A DNA stretch of 64,000 bases from an uncultured bacterium (lineage in GTDB: Bacteria > Oederibacteriota > JAAXVQ01 > JAUVAV01): assembly GCA_963710755.1 (NCBI GenBank), contig CAVQBK010000002.1:32001-96000 (forward strand), read 5' to 3'. Below are positions 9,378 through 19,960 of this stretch, in pieces. Below the pieces are notes generated by a model. The model ran no database searches. It was not told where the DNA came from and was given only the letters and a program-made list of their open reading frames with translations. Position numbers and translations under genes: made by a program. Every line of letters starts with the position of its first letter. Position 1 is the first letter of the stretch.

Positions 9378-10310
9378 ATGCCATTGTTCTGGTTTTATAG
9401 TTTGTTTTATGGTGCCCTGGGTCTGGGGTCATTGGCCCATCGCTACCGGGCCTGGGGCCCGCGCCTGATGCGTGCGGTTATCCTTTTCATTGAAGTGCCA
9501 ATCTTTGTTTACAGCTATTGGCATCTCGATCTATCCAATATCCGAGCGCTCGCCCCCATCCCCATTATGGCCGTGGTACTGGTAGGCTGGGCCCTCATTC
9601 TGGGTGGATTATGGGCGCGGCGCCTCTACCGCCAAGATCCTGCCGCGCAAGGCAGTTTTATCCTGGCCTCCGGCTTTTCCAACATTGGCACTACCGGCGG
9701 TGCTTTTATTGCCTATATGCTTTACGGTCTGCCTGGCCTGGCCCTGGGTTATCTTTTTTTATTGCCTTATCCTGTGTTGATTTTCACCTTGGGCTTCAGT
9801 CTGGCCAAGCACTACGCTTCAGCCGGCAAGCTGCGTGCCCTCGATTATTTCAAGAATATTGTGCATAACATTTTTTCTCTGCTTCCCTTGCTGGCCATTA
9901 CCATCGGGCTGGCACTCAGCCTTAGCAAGACCACACCCCCTGCCGCGCTGGCCCCGGTAGCGGATGCGATGATCAAACTCGATCTGGGGTTGATGTGTTT
10001 TGCCATTGGCCTGACTATTGAATGGGCTAAATTATTCCAATTTGCCAAGGCCATAATTTCTGTGGCCTGTATCAAATTTTTGCTGACACCACTAGCCGCC
10101 TTGATACTGATATTTTTGGTTTATGGTCATGCCATGCCTTTGGAAGCAAAAGTCATTCTTATTCAAGCGGCCATGCCGCCGGCCATTTATGCCGTGGTTA
10201 CCGTCAATCTTTTCAAATTGCATCGCGATTTGGCCAATGCCATATGGCTAGCCAATGCTTTTATTTTAATTCCCGTAGCCGGTTTGCTCTATTTTTTCTT
10301 GCGCGCTTAA
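9378..10310 (+). CDS. AEC (auxin efflux carrier) family transporter
   Basis: About 10 TM; FSNIG, IKFLLTP, IQAAMPPA motifs. Confidence 0.85.
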   Translation: MPLFWFYSLFYGALGLGSLAHRYRAWGPRLMRAVILFIEVPIFVYSYWHLDLSNIRALAPIPIMAVVLVGWALILGGLWARRLYRQDPAAQGSFILASGFSNIGTTGGAFIAYMLYGLPGLALGYLFLLPYPVLIFTLGFSLAKHYASAGKLRALDYFKNIVHNIFSLLPLLAITIGLALSLSKTTPPAALAPVADAMIKLDLGLMCFAIGLTIEWAKLFQFAKAIISVACIKFLLTPLAALILIFLVYGHAMPLEAKVILIQAAMPPAIYAVVTVNLFKLHRDLANAIWLANAFILIPVAGLLYFFLRA

Positions 10311-10334
10311 ACTTATCTCCAAATAGTCACGGTA

Positions 10335-10970
10335 TTAACCGACCCGGCCTGTCTTGGGTTTTTCCACCAGCATTAATCGCACCACATCCACCAAGTGATA
10401 CTGAACATAGAAGACATGGAAGCCCGCCTTGGCGATGGTCTTTTGGGTGGGACGCAACATGGATGTTCCCAGAAGGGGCAGCGTTACCAGATTCATTAAA
10501 CCCAGCAGCAGATTAAGCAACAGGTGGCGGCTGTGCATGTGCTCTAAAAAAATGCCCCGCCCTCCCGGAGCCAGCACACGATAGGCTTCCCGTAAGCCTT
10601 GAACAGGATCCGGGACTGTGCAAAATACGAAGGTAGAAAGCACGGTATCAAAAAAATTATCAGGGTAATCCAGATGCTGAACGTCCATCAGGCGCAGACG
10701 AGTAGTCGGCCTGCCCAGGGTTGCCAATTTTATCCGTGCGGCTTTGATCATTTCAGGGCTGAAATCAATAGCATCGAGATCCACCTCATCCGGATAGTAG
10801 GGCAGGTTTTTACCAGTGCCCACACCGATTTCCAAAGTTTTACCTCTGGCCATAGCCGCAGCCTGCCTGCGTAGGGAGTTAAATAAAAATAGTTCCATTG
10901 GCGCTTCCAAGACATCATAACAGCGCGCCACCAGATCATACTTCTCACTGGTCTTTTTCATAAACCTCAT
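10335..10970 (-). CDS. class I SAM-dependent methyltransferase
   Basis: LEIGVGTGKNL, FVFCTVPDP, FLEH; overlaps the copA 3' end. Confidence 0.9.
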   Translation of the reverse strand: MRFMKKTSEKYDLVARCYDVLEAPMELFLFNSLRRQAAAMARGKTLEIGVGTGKNLPYYPDEVDLDAIDFSPEMIKAARIKLATLGRPTTRLRLMDVQHLDYPDNFFDTVLSTFVFCTVPDPVQGLREAYRVLAPGGRGIFLEHMHSRHLLLNLLLGLMNLVTLPLLGTSMLRPTQKTIAKAGFHVFYVQYHLVDVVRLMLVEKPKTGRVG

Positions 10971-13311
10971 CTCCTTGCGTCGTCACAGGGTAATTTAATT
11001 TTACATAACGCAACCGCAGGGCATTACCTATAACCGACACAGAGCTAAAACTCATGGCAGCGGCCGCAATCATGGGATTGAGCAACAATCCCCAGAGCGG
11101 ATAGAGGGCACCCGCTGCCAGCGGAATGCCCAAGGCATTGTAAATAAAAGCAAAAAATAAATTTTGTTTGATATTTTTAATGGTTTTCCGGCTCAAGGTA
11201 AAGGCCTTGACTAACCCCCATAAATCCCCTCTTAAAAGTGTTACCTGGGCACTCTCCATGGCCACATCCGTACCCGTCCCCATGGCAATACCGATGTTCG
11301 CTTGCGCCAAGGCCGGAGCGTCATTGATACCGTCGCCGGCCATGGCCACCCGCCGATTTTGCTGTTGTAGGGCTTTCACCCTGTCCGCCTTGTCCTGAGG
11401 CAGTACCTGCGCCATAACCTCAGTAATACCCAGCTGCCCGGCCACGGCACGGGCCGTGGTTTCCTGATCACCACTAATCATGATAATGGTTAAACCTTGC
11501 TGGCGCAGAGCAGCCAAAGCCTCGCGCGCGCCCGCTTTAACGGGGTCTACGACCGCCAACAGCCCTGCCAAGCGGTTGTCCACTGCCAGCCACATCACGG
11601 TTTGACCTCTATGTCCCATCACTGAAAAAGCATCACGGCCTTGGGCAGTATCTACACCGGCCTTGGTCAAATAATTTTCGGTACCCATTACCACGTTATG
11701 ACCTTCCACCTTGCCGGCCACACCCAGGCCGGGCTGGGCTTGGAAATCCTTACAGGCTGGCAAAGCCATTGCGTGAGCTTGGGCGGCCTCCACTATAGCC
11801 TGGGCCAAAGGATGTTCACTCTGGTTCTCCACCGATGCTGCCCAGCGAAGTAGGTCTTTGCTGGAAAAATCATTGAATGTTTTGATTTCCTGAAAAGTCG
11901 GTCTGCCTTCCGTTAAGGTTCCGGTTTTATCGATAAAAAGGGTATCGATTTTCTGCAGGCCTTCGATGGCTTGCGCGTTTTTAAACAACACGCCTGCCTG
12001 GGCGCCTTTTCCGGAAGCCACCATGATGGACATGGGCGTGGCCAGACCCAGGGCGCAAGGGCAGGCAATCATTAGCACGGCCACGGCATTGACCAAGGCA
12101 TAGACCATGGCCGGCGCCGGTCCAGCCACAGCCCATATAACAAAGGTGATGATCGCAGCCGCGATGACCGCGGGCACAAAATAAGCGGAGACCCGATCGG
12201 CCAAGCGTTGAATGGGCGCACGACTGCGTTGGGCCTGAGAGACCATGGCCACAATCTGCGCCAACATCGTGTCCGCCCCCACTTTTTCAACAGTCATAAT
12301 CATCGTTCCCGTGCGGTTCAGGGTACCTCCCACCAAAACGCTGCCCGCTTTTTTTTCTATCGCTATAGGCTCACCGCTGATCATGGCTTCATCCACACTG
12401 CTATGCCCTTCCAACACTGTACCGTCCACCGGAATTTTTTCGCCTGGCCGGATGTGGACCCGATCTCCCGGCATTAGGTCAGCCGCAAGCACCTCTTCTT
12501 CCCGGTCGCCTTGCAGGCGACGTGCGGTCTTAGGTACTAAATCGAGTAGGCTCCGGATGGCCGAGCCGGTACTGTGCCTGGCCCTTAATTCCAACACCTG
12601 GCCCAAGAGCACCAATGTCACAATCACCCCGCTGGCTTCAAAGTACACCTGCACCTGGCCGTGAACATCGCGAAAGGCAGCCGGAAAAATACCGGGCATG
12701 ACCGTGGCTAGCAGGCTAAAACCATAAGACACAAAAACACCGAGACCGATTAAGGTAAACATGTTGAAACTGAGCCTCTTCACGGAGGAAAGGGCCCTTT
12801 GAAAAAAGGGCATGCCGCCATATACCACAATGGGCGTGGCCAGCAGCAACTCCAACCATTGACGGATGGGCTCCGCCAGCAGCCTGCTCACAGCACCGCC
12901 ACTTAACATATCACCCATACTTACCACCAACAGGGGGACGGTAAACATCAGACTCAGTCGAAAACGATTGTCCATGTCCCTCAGTTCGCTGGTGTCTTCT
13001 TCCTCTCCGGCAACGATGGTTTTCGGTTCTAAAGCCATGCCGCATTTAGGGCAAGCGCCGGGGTGCAATGCTTCAATTTCCGGATGCATGGGACAGGTAT
13101 AAATGCCCCCTTGGGGCTTTGGCGCCGGACCAGGCTGTTTTTCCAGATAAGCGTGCGGCGTTGCCTGGAATTTATTCAAACAGGATTGGCTGCAAAAATA
13201 ATAAGTTTTTCCCTTCACCCTGGCATGCAAGGCGGTATTGGGATCTACTTTCATCCCGCATACCGGGTCGTGGATGCCAGTCTTGACCTGTTGTTGATGG
13301 CTGCTGCTCAT
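10945..13311 (-). CDS. copA: Cu(I)-translocating P1B ATPase with N-terminal YHS and YTCPMHP metal-binding domains
   Basis: DPVCGM...YYFCSQSC, YTCPMHP...CPKCGM, CPCALGLATP, DKTGTLT, SEHP, GDGINDAP, YN, MSFSS. Confidence 0.95.
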   Translation of the reverse strand: MSSSHQQQVKTGIHDPVCGMKVDPNTALHARVKGKTYYFCSQSCLNKFQATPHAYLEKQPGPAPKPQGGIYTCPMHPEIEALHPGACPKCGMALEPKTIVAGEEEDTSELRDMDNRFRLSLMFTVPLLVVSMGDMLSGGAVSRLLAEPIRQWLELLLATPIVVYGGMPFFQRALSSVKRLSFNMFTLIGLGVFVSYGFSLLATVMPGIFPAAFRDVHGQVQVYFEASGVIVTLVLLGQVLELRARHSTGSAIRSLLDLVPKTARRLQGDREEEVLAADLMPGDRVHIRPGEKIPVDGTVLEGHSSVDEAMISGEPIAIEKKAGSVLVGGTLNRTGTMIMTVEKVGADTMLAQIVAMVSQAQRSRAPIQRLADRVSAYFVPAVIAAAIITFVIWAVAGPAPAMVYALVNAVAVLMIACPCALGLATPMSIMVASGKGAQAGVLFKNAQAIEGLQKIDTLFIDKTGTLTEGRPTFQEIKTFNDFSSKDLLRWAASVENQSEHPLAQAIVEAAQAHAMALPACKDFQAQPGLGVAGKVEGHNVVMGTENYLTKAGVDTAQGRDAFSVMGHRGQTVMWLAVDNRLAGLLAVVDPVKAGAREALAALRQQGLTIIMISGDQETTARAVAGQLGITEVMAQVLPQDKADRVKALQQQNRRVAMAGDGINDAPALAQANIGIAMGTGTDVAMESAQVTLLRGDLWGLVKAFTLSRKTIKNIKQNLFFAFIYNALGIPLAAGALYPLWGLLLNPMIAAAAMSFSSVSVIGNALRLRYVKLNYPVTTQGDEVYEKDQ

Positions 13312-13384
13312 GGTTTTGCCTCCTTCCCATTTACATCACCGGGAAAATCCCAATATTGGTTGCAGGAGTACGGCTTTTGGCGGA

Positions 13385-14476
13385 CTAAGTCGAGGTTGTT
13401 TCCAATTCCCGCGGTGACAAAAAGCACCGTTCCTTCTTTTCCTTGCGGCATGTCTTGTCGCACTGGTAACAGATTTCGTTTTTCAAATATCCACCGGCGG
13501 TATACTCGCCAATGTTTTCCAAAGTTGTTTGGGCAATATTGTGCATGGCTTCCCGGGTAAAGAAAGCCTGGTGGGAGGTAATTAAAACATTGGGAAAGGT
13601 CAGCAGCCGGGCCAAGACATCATCATTGATCAGGGTGTTGGAGAAATCTTCAAAAAAATAGTCGCTCTCTTCCTCGTACACGTCAAGTCCGGCGGACCCG
13701 ATTTGCCCGCTTTTTAAACCGCTGATCAAAGCCTCGGTTTTGATTAATTTGCCCCGACCTGTATTGATGATCATCACCCCAGTTTTCATGTTGGCAATAC
13801 TCTTCTCGTCAATCATATGGTGTGTCTCCGCGGTCAAGGGACAGTTCAGGGAAATGATATCCGCCTGGTTATAGATGGTTTTCAAATCGGTATAGCTAAA
13901 TCCAGTTTTTTCAGCAAAGGCTTGATCAGGATATTTATCGTAGGCCAGCACGGTCATGCCCATCCCTTTCAAAATGTTAATCAAACATTTGCCGATCTGG
14001 CCGGTGCCAATGACTCCGGCCGTTTTGCCATGCATGTCAAAGCCCATCAACCCATCCAGGGAAAAGTTGCCGGTACTGGTGCGGGCGTAGGCCTTGTGGA
14101 TTTTGCGGTTCAGGTTGAGCATCAAAGCCACCGCATGCTCGGCCACGGCGTAAGGCGAATAGACCGGTACGCGCACCACGTGAATCTTGCCATAGGCGGC
14201 CTTTAAATCCACGTTATTATAACCGGCACTGCGCAGAGCAATCAGCTCCACTCCATTGGCTTGAAGAACATTTATGGTCTCTTTGTCAATAACATCATTG
14301 ACAAAAGCGCACACCACCGGAAAACCCGCAGATAATTCTGCTGTATCCCGGTTTAAGTGACTGGTAAGATACTTAATTTCAACCCTATAGCGTTCCTTCA
14401 GCTCGTCAAAATAAAGACGGTCATAGGGCTTAGTATCATAAAATAAAACACGCACAGGGCTCTCCATTTTTTTCAC
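13385..14476 (-). CDS. ldhA: D-lactate dehydrogenase (D-2-hydroxyacid dehydrogenase family)
   Basis: LRSAGYNNVD, RVPVYSPYAVAEHA, GTGQIG, LDVYEEE, TSHQAFFTREA. Confidence 0.9.
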   Translation of the reverse strand: MKKMESPVRVLFYDTKPYDRLYFDELKERYRVEIKYLTSHLNRDTAELSAGFPVVCAFVNDVIDKETINVLQANGVELIALRSAGYNNVDLKAAYGKIHVVRVPVYSPYAVAEHAVALMLNLNRKIHKAYARTSTGNFSLDGLMGFDMHGKTAGVIGTGQIGKCLINILKGMGMTVLAYDKYPDQAFAEKTGFSYTDLKTIYNQADIISLNCPLTAETHHMIDEKSIANMKTGVMIINTGRGKLIKTEALISGLKSGQIGSAGLDVYEEESDYFFEDFSNTLINDDVLARLLTFPNVLITSHQAFFTREAMHNIAQTTLENIGEYTAGGYLKNEICYQCDKTCRKEKKERCFLSPRELETTST

Positions 14477-14664
14477 CTCTTCTTTGATTTAAGCACTTCT
14501 AGTTTATAGACACCTCAAGTCTTTATTTGTATAACATGAGCTGTTTCTCATGACCATGGCTGGTCCGCATACTATAACCGGATTATTTTTATAGGAACCA
14601 CTTTTTTAATGATTACGTCTAAAGGGTAGGATTAGTTTAAGAGTATAGCCGGGAGGAGATCAAG

Positions 14665-15306
14665 ATGAAAACCACCATTGGTCCGAAAGATGCTCTCATT
14701 AGCGTAGATTTGCAAATCGATTTTATGCCTGGTGGTGCCCTGGGTGTGGCGGAAGGCCACCTGGTAGTACCCTTGGTCAATGATTTGTTGGCTTGTTTTC
14801 CAACCAAGGTGTTGACCCGGGACTGGCATCCGCAACACCATATTAGTTTTTCCGAAAAGCCGGACTTCAAAGACATGTCCTGGCCGCCTCATTGTGTACA
14901 GAATACCCGCGGTGCGGACTTCCATCCTGACCTCTATGTGGCGTTAGCCCAAAAATTGGTGAGCAAAGGGCAGGTCGAGAATCGCGAGCAGTACTCTGGT
15001 TTTCAGGACAGTGATTTGGCGCAATGGTTAAAAGCACGGGGCGTGACGCGTGTTTTTATTACCGGTCTGGCCACGGAATATTGTGTAAAAAACACAGCAC
15101 TTGATGCTAAAAAGGCAGGTTTTGAAACTTTGGTGATCCGTGACGGCGTTCGTGGGATTGATCTGCCGGCAGGCAGCGAAGCCTTGGCATGGTCAGAAAT
15201 GGAAAATGCTGGCATTAAATTGCTAACCAGTAGCGACTTAAGCGGCTGTCCCCTGCCTCGCACAGAAGAAGCGCGCCGGCCCGAGATTGTGATGGCAGTC
15301 GGCTAA
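14665..15306 (+). CDS. pncA: nicotinamidase
   Basis: VDLQIDFMPGGAL, TRDWHP, WPPHCVQ, GLATEYCVK. Confidence 0.92.
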   Translation: MKTTIGPKDALISVDLQIDFMPGGALGVAEGHLVVPLVNDLLACFPTKVLTRDWHPQHHISFSEKPDFKDMSWPPHCVQNTRGADFHPDLYVALAQKLVSKGQVENREQYSGFQDSDLAQWLKARGVTRVFITGLATEYCVKNTALDAKKAGFETLVIRDGVRGIDLPAGSEALAWSEMENAGIKLLTSSDLSGCPLPRTEEARRPEIVMAVG

Positions 15307-15334
15307 TTTTCCGACCTAACACTAACAGCTGGAT

Positions 15335-16468
15335 TTAATTCTTAAGTTCATGCGTTAAAGAGATTACCTTGATCATATCCTTTAAGGTGATAATGCCAAG
15401 GGGGGTATGGTTTTGTACAACGATAAACCGGCTGCGGCCAGTCGTGCGCATGCGTCCAAGGAGCGTTTCGGCATCGTCCTCGGGCGTGACCGTATTTTGA
15501 TCGGAACAAGCGTCCATGGTGTCCGCTACGGTGCGGGTGCCCCATTGGGCAGGCGTGGTTTTTTTAACGGCCTCCAAAGACAGACATCCCACCAGTGTTT
15601 GATGGTCCATGACCGGATATAATTTGTAATGATATTTGTAGATAATTTGCTCGACTACTTCAGCCAGGGTCAGTTGTGGCGTCACGGTGACCAAGGAGGA
15701 ATGACTCATAAAATCTCCAACCTTTTTACGGGCCAGTTCATTGTGCTGCTTTAGCTGTTGATAAGAATGCTGAGCCGCGCTCTGTAAAAAAAATCCGATC
15801 AAGAGCAACCACAAGCCGTTCACAAAGCGGCCGGTAAACACATTTAAAAGCCCAATAGCCATCAGTAGCAACGCAAACAGCGAACCCACCCCAGCAGCTA
15901 TTCTGGTGGCCCACAGTTGGTCCTTTTTGATCCACCATAGCACCGCACGCAATATTCTGCCCCCATCCAGGGGGAAGGCCGGGACCAAATTGAACCCCGC
16001 CAGAATGATATTGATCAACGCCAGATAGCCCAGCACGCCGATCACAGCGGCAGGCCACTGCCATAAAGCAATCCCCAACCGTTGCACACCGTAAAAGACC
16101 GCTGCCAGGACAAGGCTGGTTACCGGTCCGGCAACAGCCATCATCAGCTCTGCCCCCGGCTTTTTAGATTCCTCACCCATTTCCGCTACGCCGCCAAAAA
16201 TAAACAAGGTAATACCGCGCATCGGCAGACCTGATTTTCGCGCCACCAGCGAATGGCTCAGCTCGTGGATTACAATGGAAAGAAAAAGTCCTAATGCACT
16301 CATGAGACCCATGACAAGGTAGGTAGCCGTGCCCAGGCCACGATACTGCCCGGGGAAAAGTCCAGCTGACAAAGACCAAACAATTAAAAAGAAAAGAAAA
16401 AACCAACTGGCGTCAATTTTAACTTCAAAACCGAATAAGCTGAACACTTTCATGCTTTTTCCAAACAT
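15335..16468 (-). CDS. site-2 protease (M50) with a CBS pair
   Basis: HELSH, LFIFGG, FNLVPAFPLDGGR, C-terminal CBS domains; AAGGAGG before ATG 16468. Confidence 0.93.
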   Translation of the reverse strand: MFGKSMKVFSLFGFEVKIDASWFFLFFLIVWSLSAGLFPGQYRGLGTATYLVMGLMSALGLFLSIVIHELSHSLVARKSGLPMRGITLFIFGGVAEMGEESKKPGAELMMAVAGPVTSLVLAAVFYGVQRLGIALWQWPAAVIGVLGYLALINIILAGFNLVPAFPLDGGRILRAVLWWIKKDQLWATRIAAGVGSLFALLLMAIGLLNVFTGRFVNGLWLLLIGFFLQSAAQHSYQQLKQHNELARKKVGDFMSHSSLVTVTPQLTLAEVVEQIIYKYHYKLYPVMDHQTLVGCLSLEAVKKTTPAQWGTRTVADTMDACSDQNTVTPEDDAETLLGRMRTTGRSRFIVVQNHTPLGIITLKDMIKVISLTHELKN

Positions 16469-16582
16469 GATCCCCTCCTTGTGTTGCTTCCAATTGCCGA
16501 TCTGCAGCCGGCACGGTCTCGCCTCCGGCTTTTCATTCACCTAGGGCCAACGGCCATTGGCTTAATCCGAATTATTGACCTT

Positions 16583-17341
16583 TTATGGCTTTTCCTCCTG
16601 TTGCCAGTAACAAGGACGTCCGTAATAATCATATAGCCGACCTTCATAATCACGGTTCACCGGTACGGCCGGATCAAACAGAGGGCTGTTTTTAATTTGC
16701 TGCTTGGTCAGCACCACCGCCATGGATTTCATAAGCCAATTGGCATGATTGATCCAGTCCCTGGAAATCAGCACCTTCCGGCCTTTCAGCCATGAATTGG
16801 TCGCTGCCACCAAATAACGGATACTGTATTGATCATCTTCAATAATAAAATCCTCGGCATGACCGATTAGTCCATCCACGGCCTGGAGACGGTATCCCGT
16901 GAGCTCCCTCATACTGCGCAATTCACAATCTGCACCGCTGCACTCAACCTCTTCATTTTCAAAGGGAGGAGGCACCATGATGGTCGACGGACTTCCTGTC
17001 ACCGAATTCCAATATACCGGCCATTGCAGGGTGCGGGTGTTCTCCAGGTTTTTTCTTCGTGAAACCGGTTTTTTAACTTCTGCCGGCGTCGCCTCCATGA
17101 TCATGGCCTTGGTAAGGACCACCTTGAAATGCCTTTTGGTCCAATCGGGCTTATCGTAAAACCCAGCGGTGGAAATCAGAACTTTTTTACCGGAAATAAT
17201 ATTTCCTGTATCCGCCACCAGATACCGTACCGTCCAATCCACCTCGTCAAAGTAAAAATCCACCACTCTGCCAATTGGCCCGTCCTGAGCCTCAATAGTG
17301 TACCCTAGAATTTCGTTCAAACTTCTCAGCATTCTGTTCAC
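16583..17341 (-). CDS. double PRC-barrel protein (different subfamily from the 5.8-7.9 kb pair)
   Basis: GYTIEAQDGPIGRVVDFYFDEVDWTVRYLV and GYRLQAVDGLIGHAEDFIIEDDQYSIRYLV; LYDYYGRPCYW tail. Confidence 0.88.
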   Translation of the reverse strand: MNRMLRSLNEILGYTIEAQDGPIGRVVDFYFDEVDWTVRYLVADTGNIISGKKVLISTAGFYDKPDWTKRHFKVVLTKAMIMEATPAEVKKPVSRRKNLENTRTLQWPVYWNSVTGSPSTIMVPPPFENEEVECSGADCELRSMRELTGYRLQAVDGLIGHAEDFIIEDDQYSIRYLVAATNSWLKGRKVLISRDWINHANWLMKSMAVVLTKQQIKNSPLFDPAVPVNRDYEGRLYDYYGRPCYWQQEEKP

Positions 17342-17527
17342 CTCCTTTCCCGGACCTTTGTTTATATACCATTACCCCTCGCTACTGCCTGATAGACCTT
17401 TGCACCAAGCGGCTTTTCCTTCACGTCCTCACAAGAAATAAGTCAATATCAAGGGGAACTCCATCATCGTCTAATTTATTTTCTCTCCATATAATAGTGA
17501 CACCAGGTTGGGACAGGAGGTAGAAGT

Positions 17528-19381
17528 ATGCAGGGTAAAACATCTTTTTTAACTTATTTACTTTTTGCGTTCTTGTTTGCCTTTTTGGCTTTTCAGTATT
17601 TTATCGCCCCCAATAAAATCAATATTTCGTATACGCAGTTCAAAACCATGGTCAGCGAAGGTAAAATTGAAACCGTGCTTATCAGTGATACTACGCTGAC
17701 CGGGATACCGCCCAAAGCTTCGAAAAAGGAAAAAGCCCCGGCCAAGGCCACCACTTATGTCACCACCCGCGTGGGTGACCGCCGGCTTATTGAATTTTTA
17801 CAGGCTCATAAGGTGACTATTATAGGCAAGCAATCCAATACCTGGCTGGTTACCCTGCTTTCCTGGCTGGTGCCAATTGGGTTGCTGATCGTCTTTTGGA
17901 CCTGGTTTGGCCGGCGTCTGATGAAACAATCAGGCGGTGCCGGCGGGTTACTCAATATGGGTAAGAGTCGTGCCAAGATTGTCGTGCAACGTGATGTAGG
18001 AGTGGGCTTCAATGACGTGGCCGGTCTGGAGGAAGCTAAACAAGAATTAAAGGAAGTGTTGGAATTTCTCAAAGAGCCTAAAAAATTTACCCGGTTGGGG
18101 GCGAAAATCCCCAAGGGTATTTTACTGGTTGGGCCGCCGGGTACAGGTAAAACCTTATTGGCCAGGGCCGTAGCCGGTGAGTCAGGCGTACCGTTTTTCT
18201 CCATCAGTGGTTCTGATTTTATTGAAATGTTTGTAGGCCTGGGCGCGGCCCGGGTAAGAGACATGTTCGAGCAAGCCAAGGCTATGGCACCTTGTGTAAT
18301 ATTTATCGATGAATTGGATGCCCTGGGTAAAGCCCGTGGTCTGGGTGGTCGCCTGGGCAGCCATGATGAGCAGGAGCAGACCTTAAATCAGCTGCTTTCC
18401 GAAATGGATGGTTTTTCCCCTACCCTGGGGGTGATTTTACTGGCTGCCACCAACCGCCCCGAGATTCTTGATCCGGCTTTATTGCGTCCCGGCCGTTTTG
18501 ACCGCCAAATTCTGGTGGACCGTCCTGACTTGCCGGAGCGGCTGGCGATTTTACAGCTTCACACCAAACACATTAAACTCTCTCCGGATTTGTCCTTGGA
18601 AGTGGTGGCCCGCCGATCCTCGGGATTTACCGGTGCCGACCTGGCCAATTTGGTTAACGAAGCCACTTTATTAGCCGTACGCAAAAATAAGGAGACTGTG
18701 GATAGTGAAGATTTTGATCAGGCCATGGACCGCATCATGGCCGGCCTGGAGAAAAAGAATCGCCGCCTTAATGATCATGAAAAAGAGGTGGTCGCCTATC
18801 ATGAGTCAGGACATGCCCTTATCGGGGCTTTGCGCGCCACTGCGGATAAACTCCATAAAATTTCTATTGTGCCCCGGGGCATTGCAGCTCTCGGGTTTAC
18901 CCTGCAATTGCCCACAGAAGATCGCTACCTCATGTCTAAACGGGAATTGCTGGAAAAAATTGATGTACTCTTGGGTGGCCGGGCGGCGGAAGAACTCCTC
19001 TTCGGTGATGACATCACCACTGGTGCTCACAATGATCTTGAAAAAGCCTCGGACATTGCACGCAGTATGGTTATGACTTATGGCATGAGCAAGCGCCTGG
19101 GTTACCGAACCTTTAAAAAACAATCCGCTTCGTTTTTGGGACAGCCAGATTTTACCATGGAAAAAAGTTACAGTGAAGCTACGGCGCAAAAAATTGACGA
19201 AGAAGTTTATGAGCTAATGCAAAACCGCATGGAGACGGTTAAAACGTCCTTGCAGCAACATCTGGGAAGTTTAAACCGTTTAGCTGCAGCACTTTTGGAA
19301 AAAGAGACGCTCGATGCCGACGATTTCTATAAGATTGTGGGACCCCTTAAACCTGAGCCCTTTGTGCCTGAGCGCGCTTGA
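17528..19381 (+). CDS. ftsH: ATP-dependent zinc metalloprotease FtsH (probably a secondary paralog)
   Basis: Two TM, GPPGTGKT, IFIDELD, ATNRPEILDPALLRPGRFDR, HESGH, GAHNDL. Confidence 0.96.
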   Translation: MQGKTSFLTYLLFAFLFAFLAFQYFIAPNKINISYTQFKTMVSEGKIETVLISDTTLTGIPPKASKKEKAPAKATTYVTTRVGDRRLIEFLQAHKVTIIGKQSNTWLVTLLSWLVPIGLLIVFWTWFGRRLMKQSGGAGGLLNMGKSRAKIVVQRDVGVGFNDVAGLEEAKQELKEVLEFLKEPKKFTRLGAKIPKGILLVGPPGTGKTLLARAVAGESGVPFFSISGSDFIEMFVGLGAARVRDMFEQAKAMAPCVIFIDELDALGKARGLGGRLGSHDEQEQTLNQLLSEMDGFSPTLGVILLAATNRPEILDPALLRPGRFDRQILVDRPDLPERLAILQLHTKHIKLSPDLSLEVVARRSSGFTGADLANLVNEATLLAVRKNKETVDSEDFDQAMDRIMAGLEKKNRRLNDHEKEVVAYHESGHALIGALRATADKLHKISIVPRGIAALGFTLQLPTEDRYLMSKRELLEKIDVLLGGRAAEELLFGDDITTGAHNDLEKASDIARSMVMTYGMSKRLGYRTFKKQSASFLGQPDFTMEKSYSEATAQKIDEEVYELMQNRMETVKTSLQQHLGSLNRLAAALLEKETLDADDFYKIVGPLKPEPFVPERA

Positions 19382-19436
19382 TCTCCCCCTTACCATCACA
19401 AGCCCGCGCTCCCCACCCTGGCCTTTCGGGAGACCG

Positions 19437-19817
19437 CTACGTTGACCTGCCCGTAAGGCTCTCCAGAAGCGCGACCAAGTGAGTGGGTTCAATAGGTTTT
19501 TGCAGGATTTCTTCAGCTCCCCATGCTTCCTTAAGGCGGACGACGTCTTCATGGTTAACATGGCCGCTTAATATCACCAGCTTAATGAACCGGGTAGCCT
19601 GGTCCTGTTTGAGTACCTGAGCTACCTGCTGGCCGCTCATACCATCCATTTTCAGATCCAGTAGAATGACGTCCGGCTGTTTCTGTTTGGCCACCTCCAC
19701 GGCGACTATGCTATTGGAAAGGGTGCTGACGTCATATCCTGCGCCTTCCAGGACTTCTTTCATTTCCTGCAAATATTCCACATCATCGTCTATCATTAAT
19801 ATTTTGCATCCGGTCAC
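19437..19817 (-). CDS. single-domain response regulator
   Basis: IDDD, LLDLKMDGMSG, LSG, KP. Confidence 0.9.
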   Translation of the reverse strand: MTGCKILMIDDDVEYLQEMKEVLEGAGYDVSTLSNSIVAVEVAKQKQPDVILLDLKMDGMSGQQVAQVLKQDQATRFIKLVILSGHVNHEDVVRLKEAWGAEEILQKPIEPTHLVALLESLTGRST

Positions 19818-19960
19818 TCGATTTCACCTCGTTTTAAACCTACTTCAGTGATTCCCTTGCCAGGCTAAAACGACTATAACCCCCTCCTTCCTCAGCGCAT
19901 AGACGATGAGACCTCTTTTTCTTGACCTTTTCCCCAGTTGTTGACTGGGGCCTCATCGTG

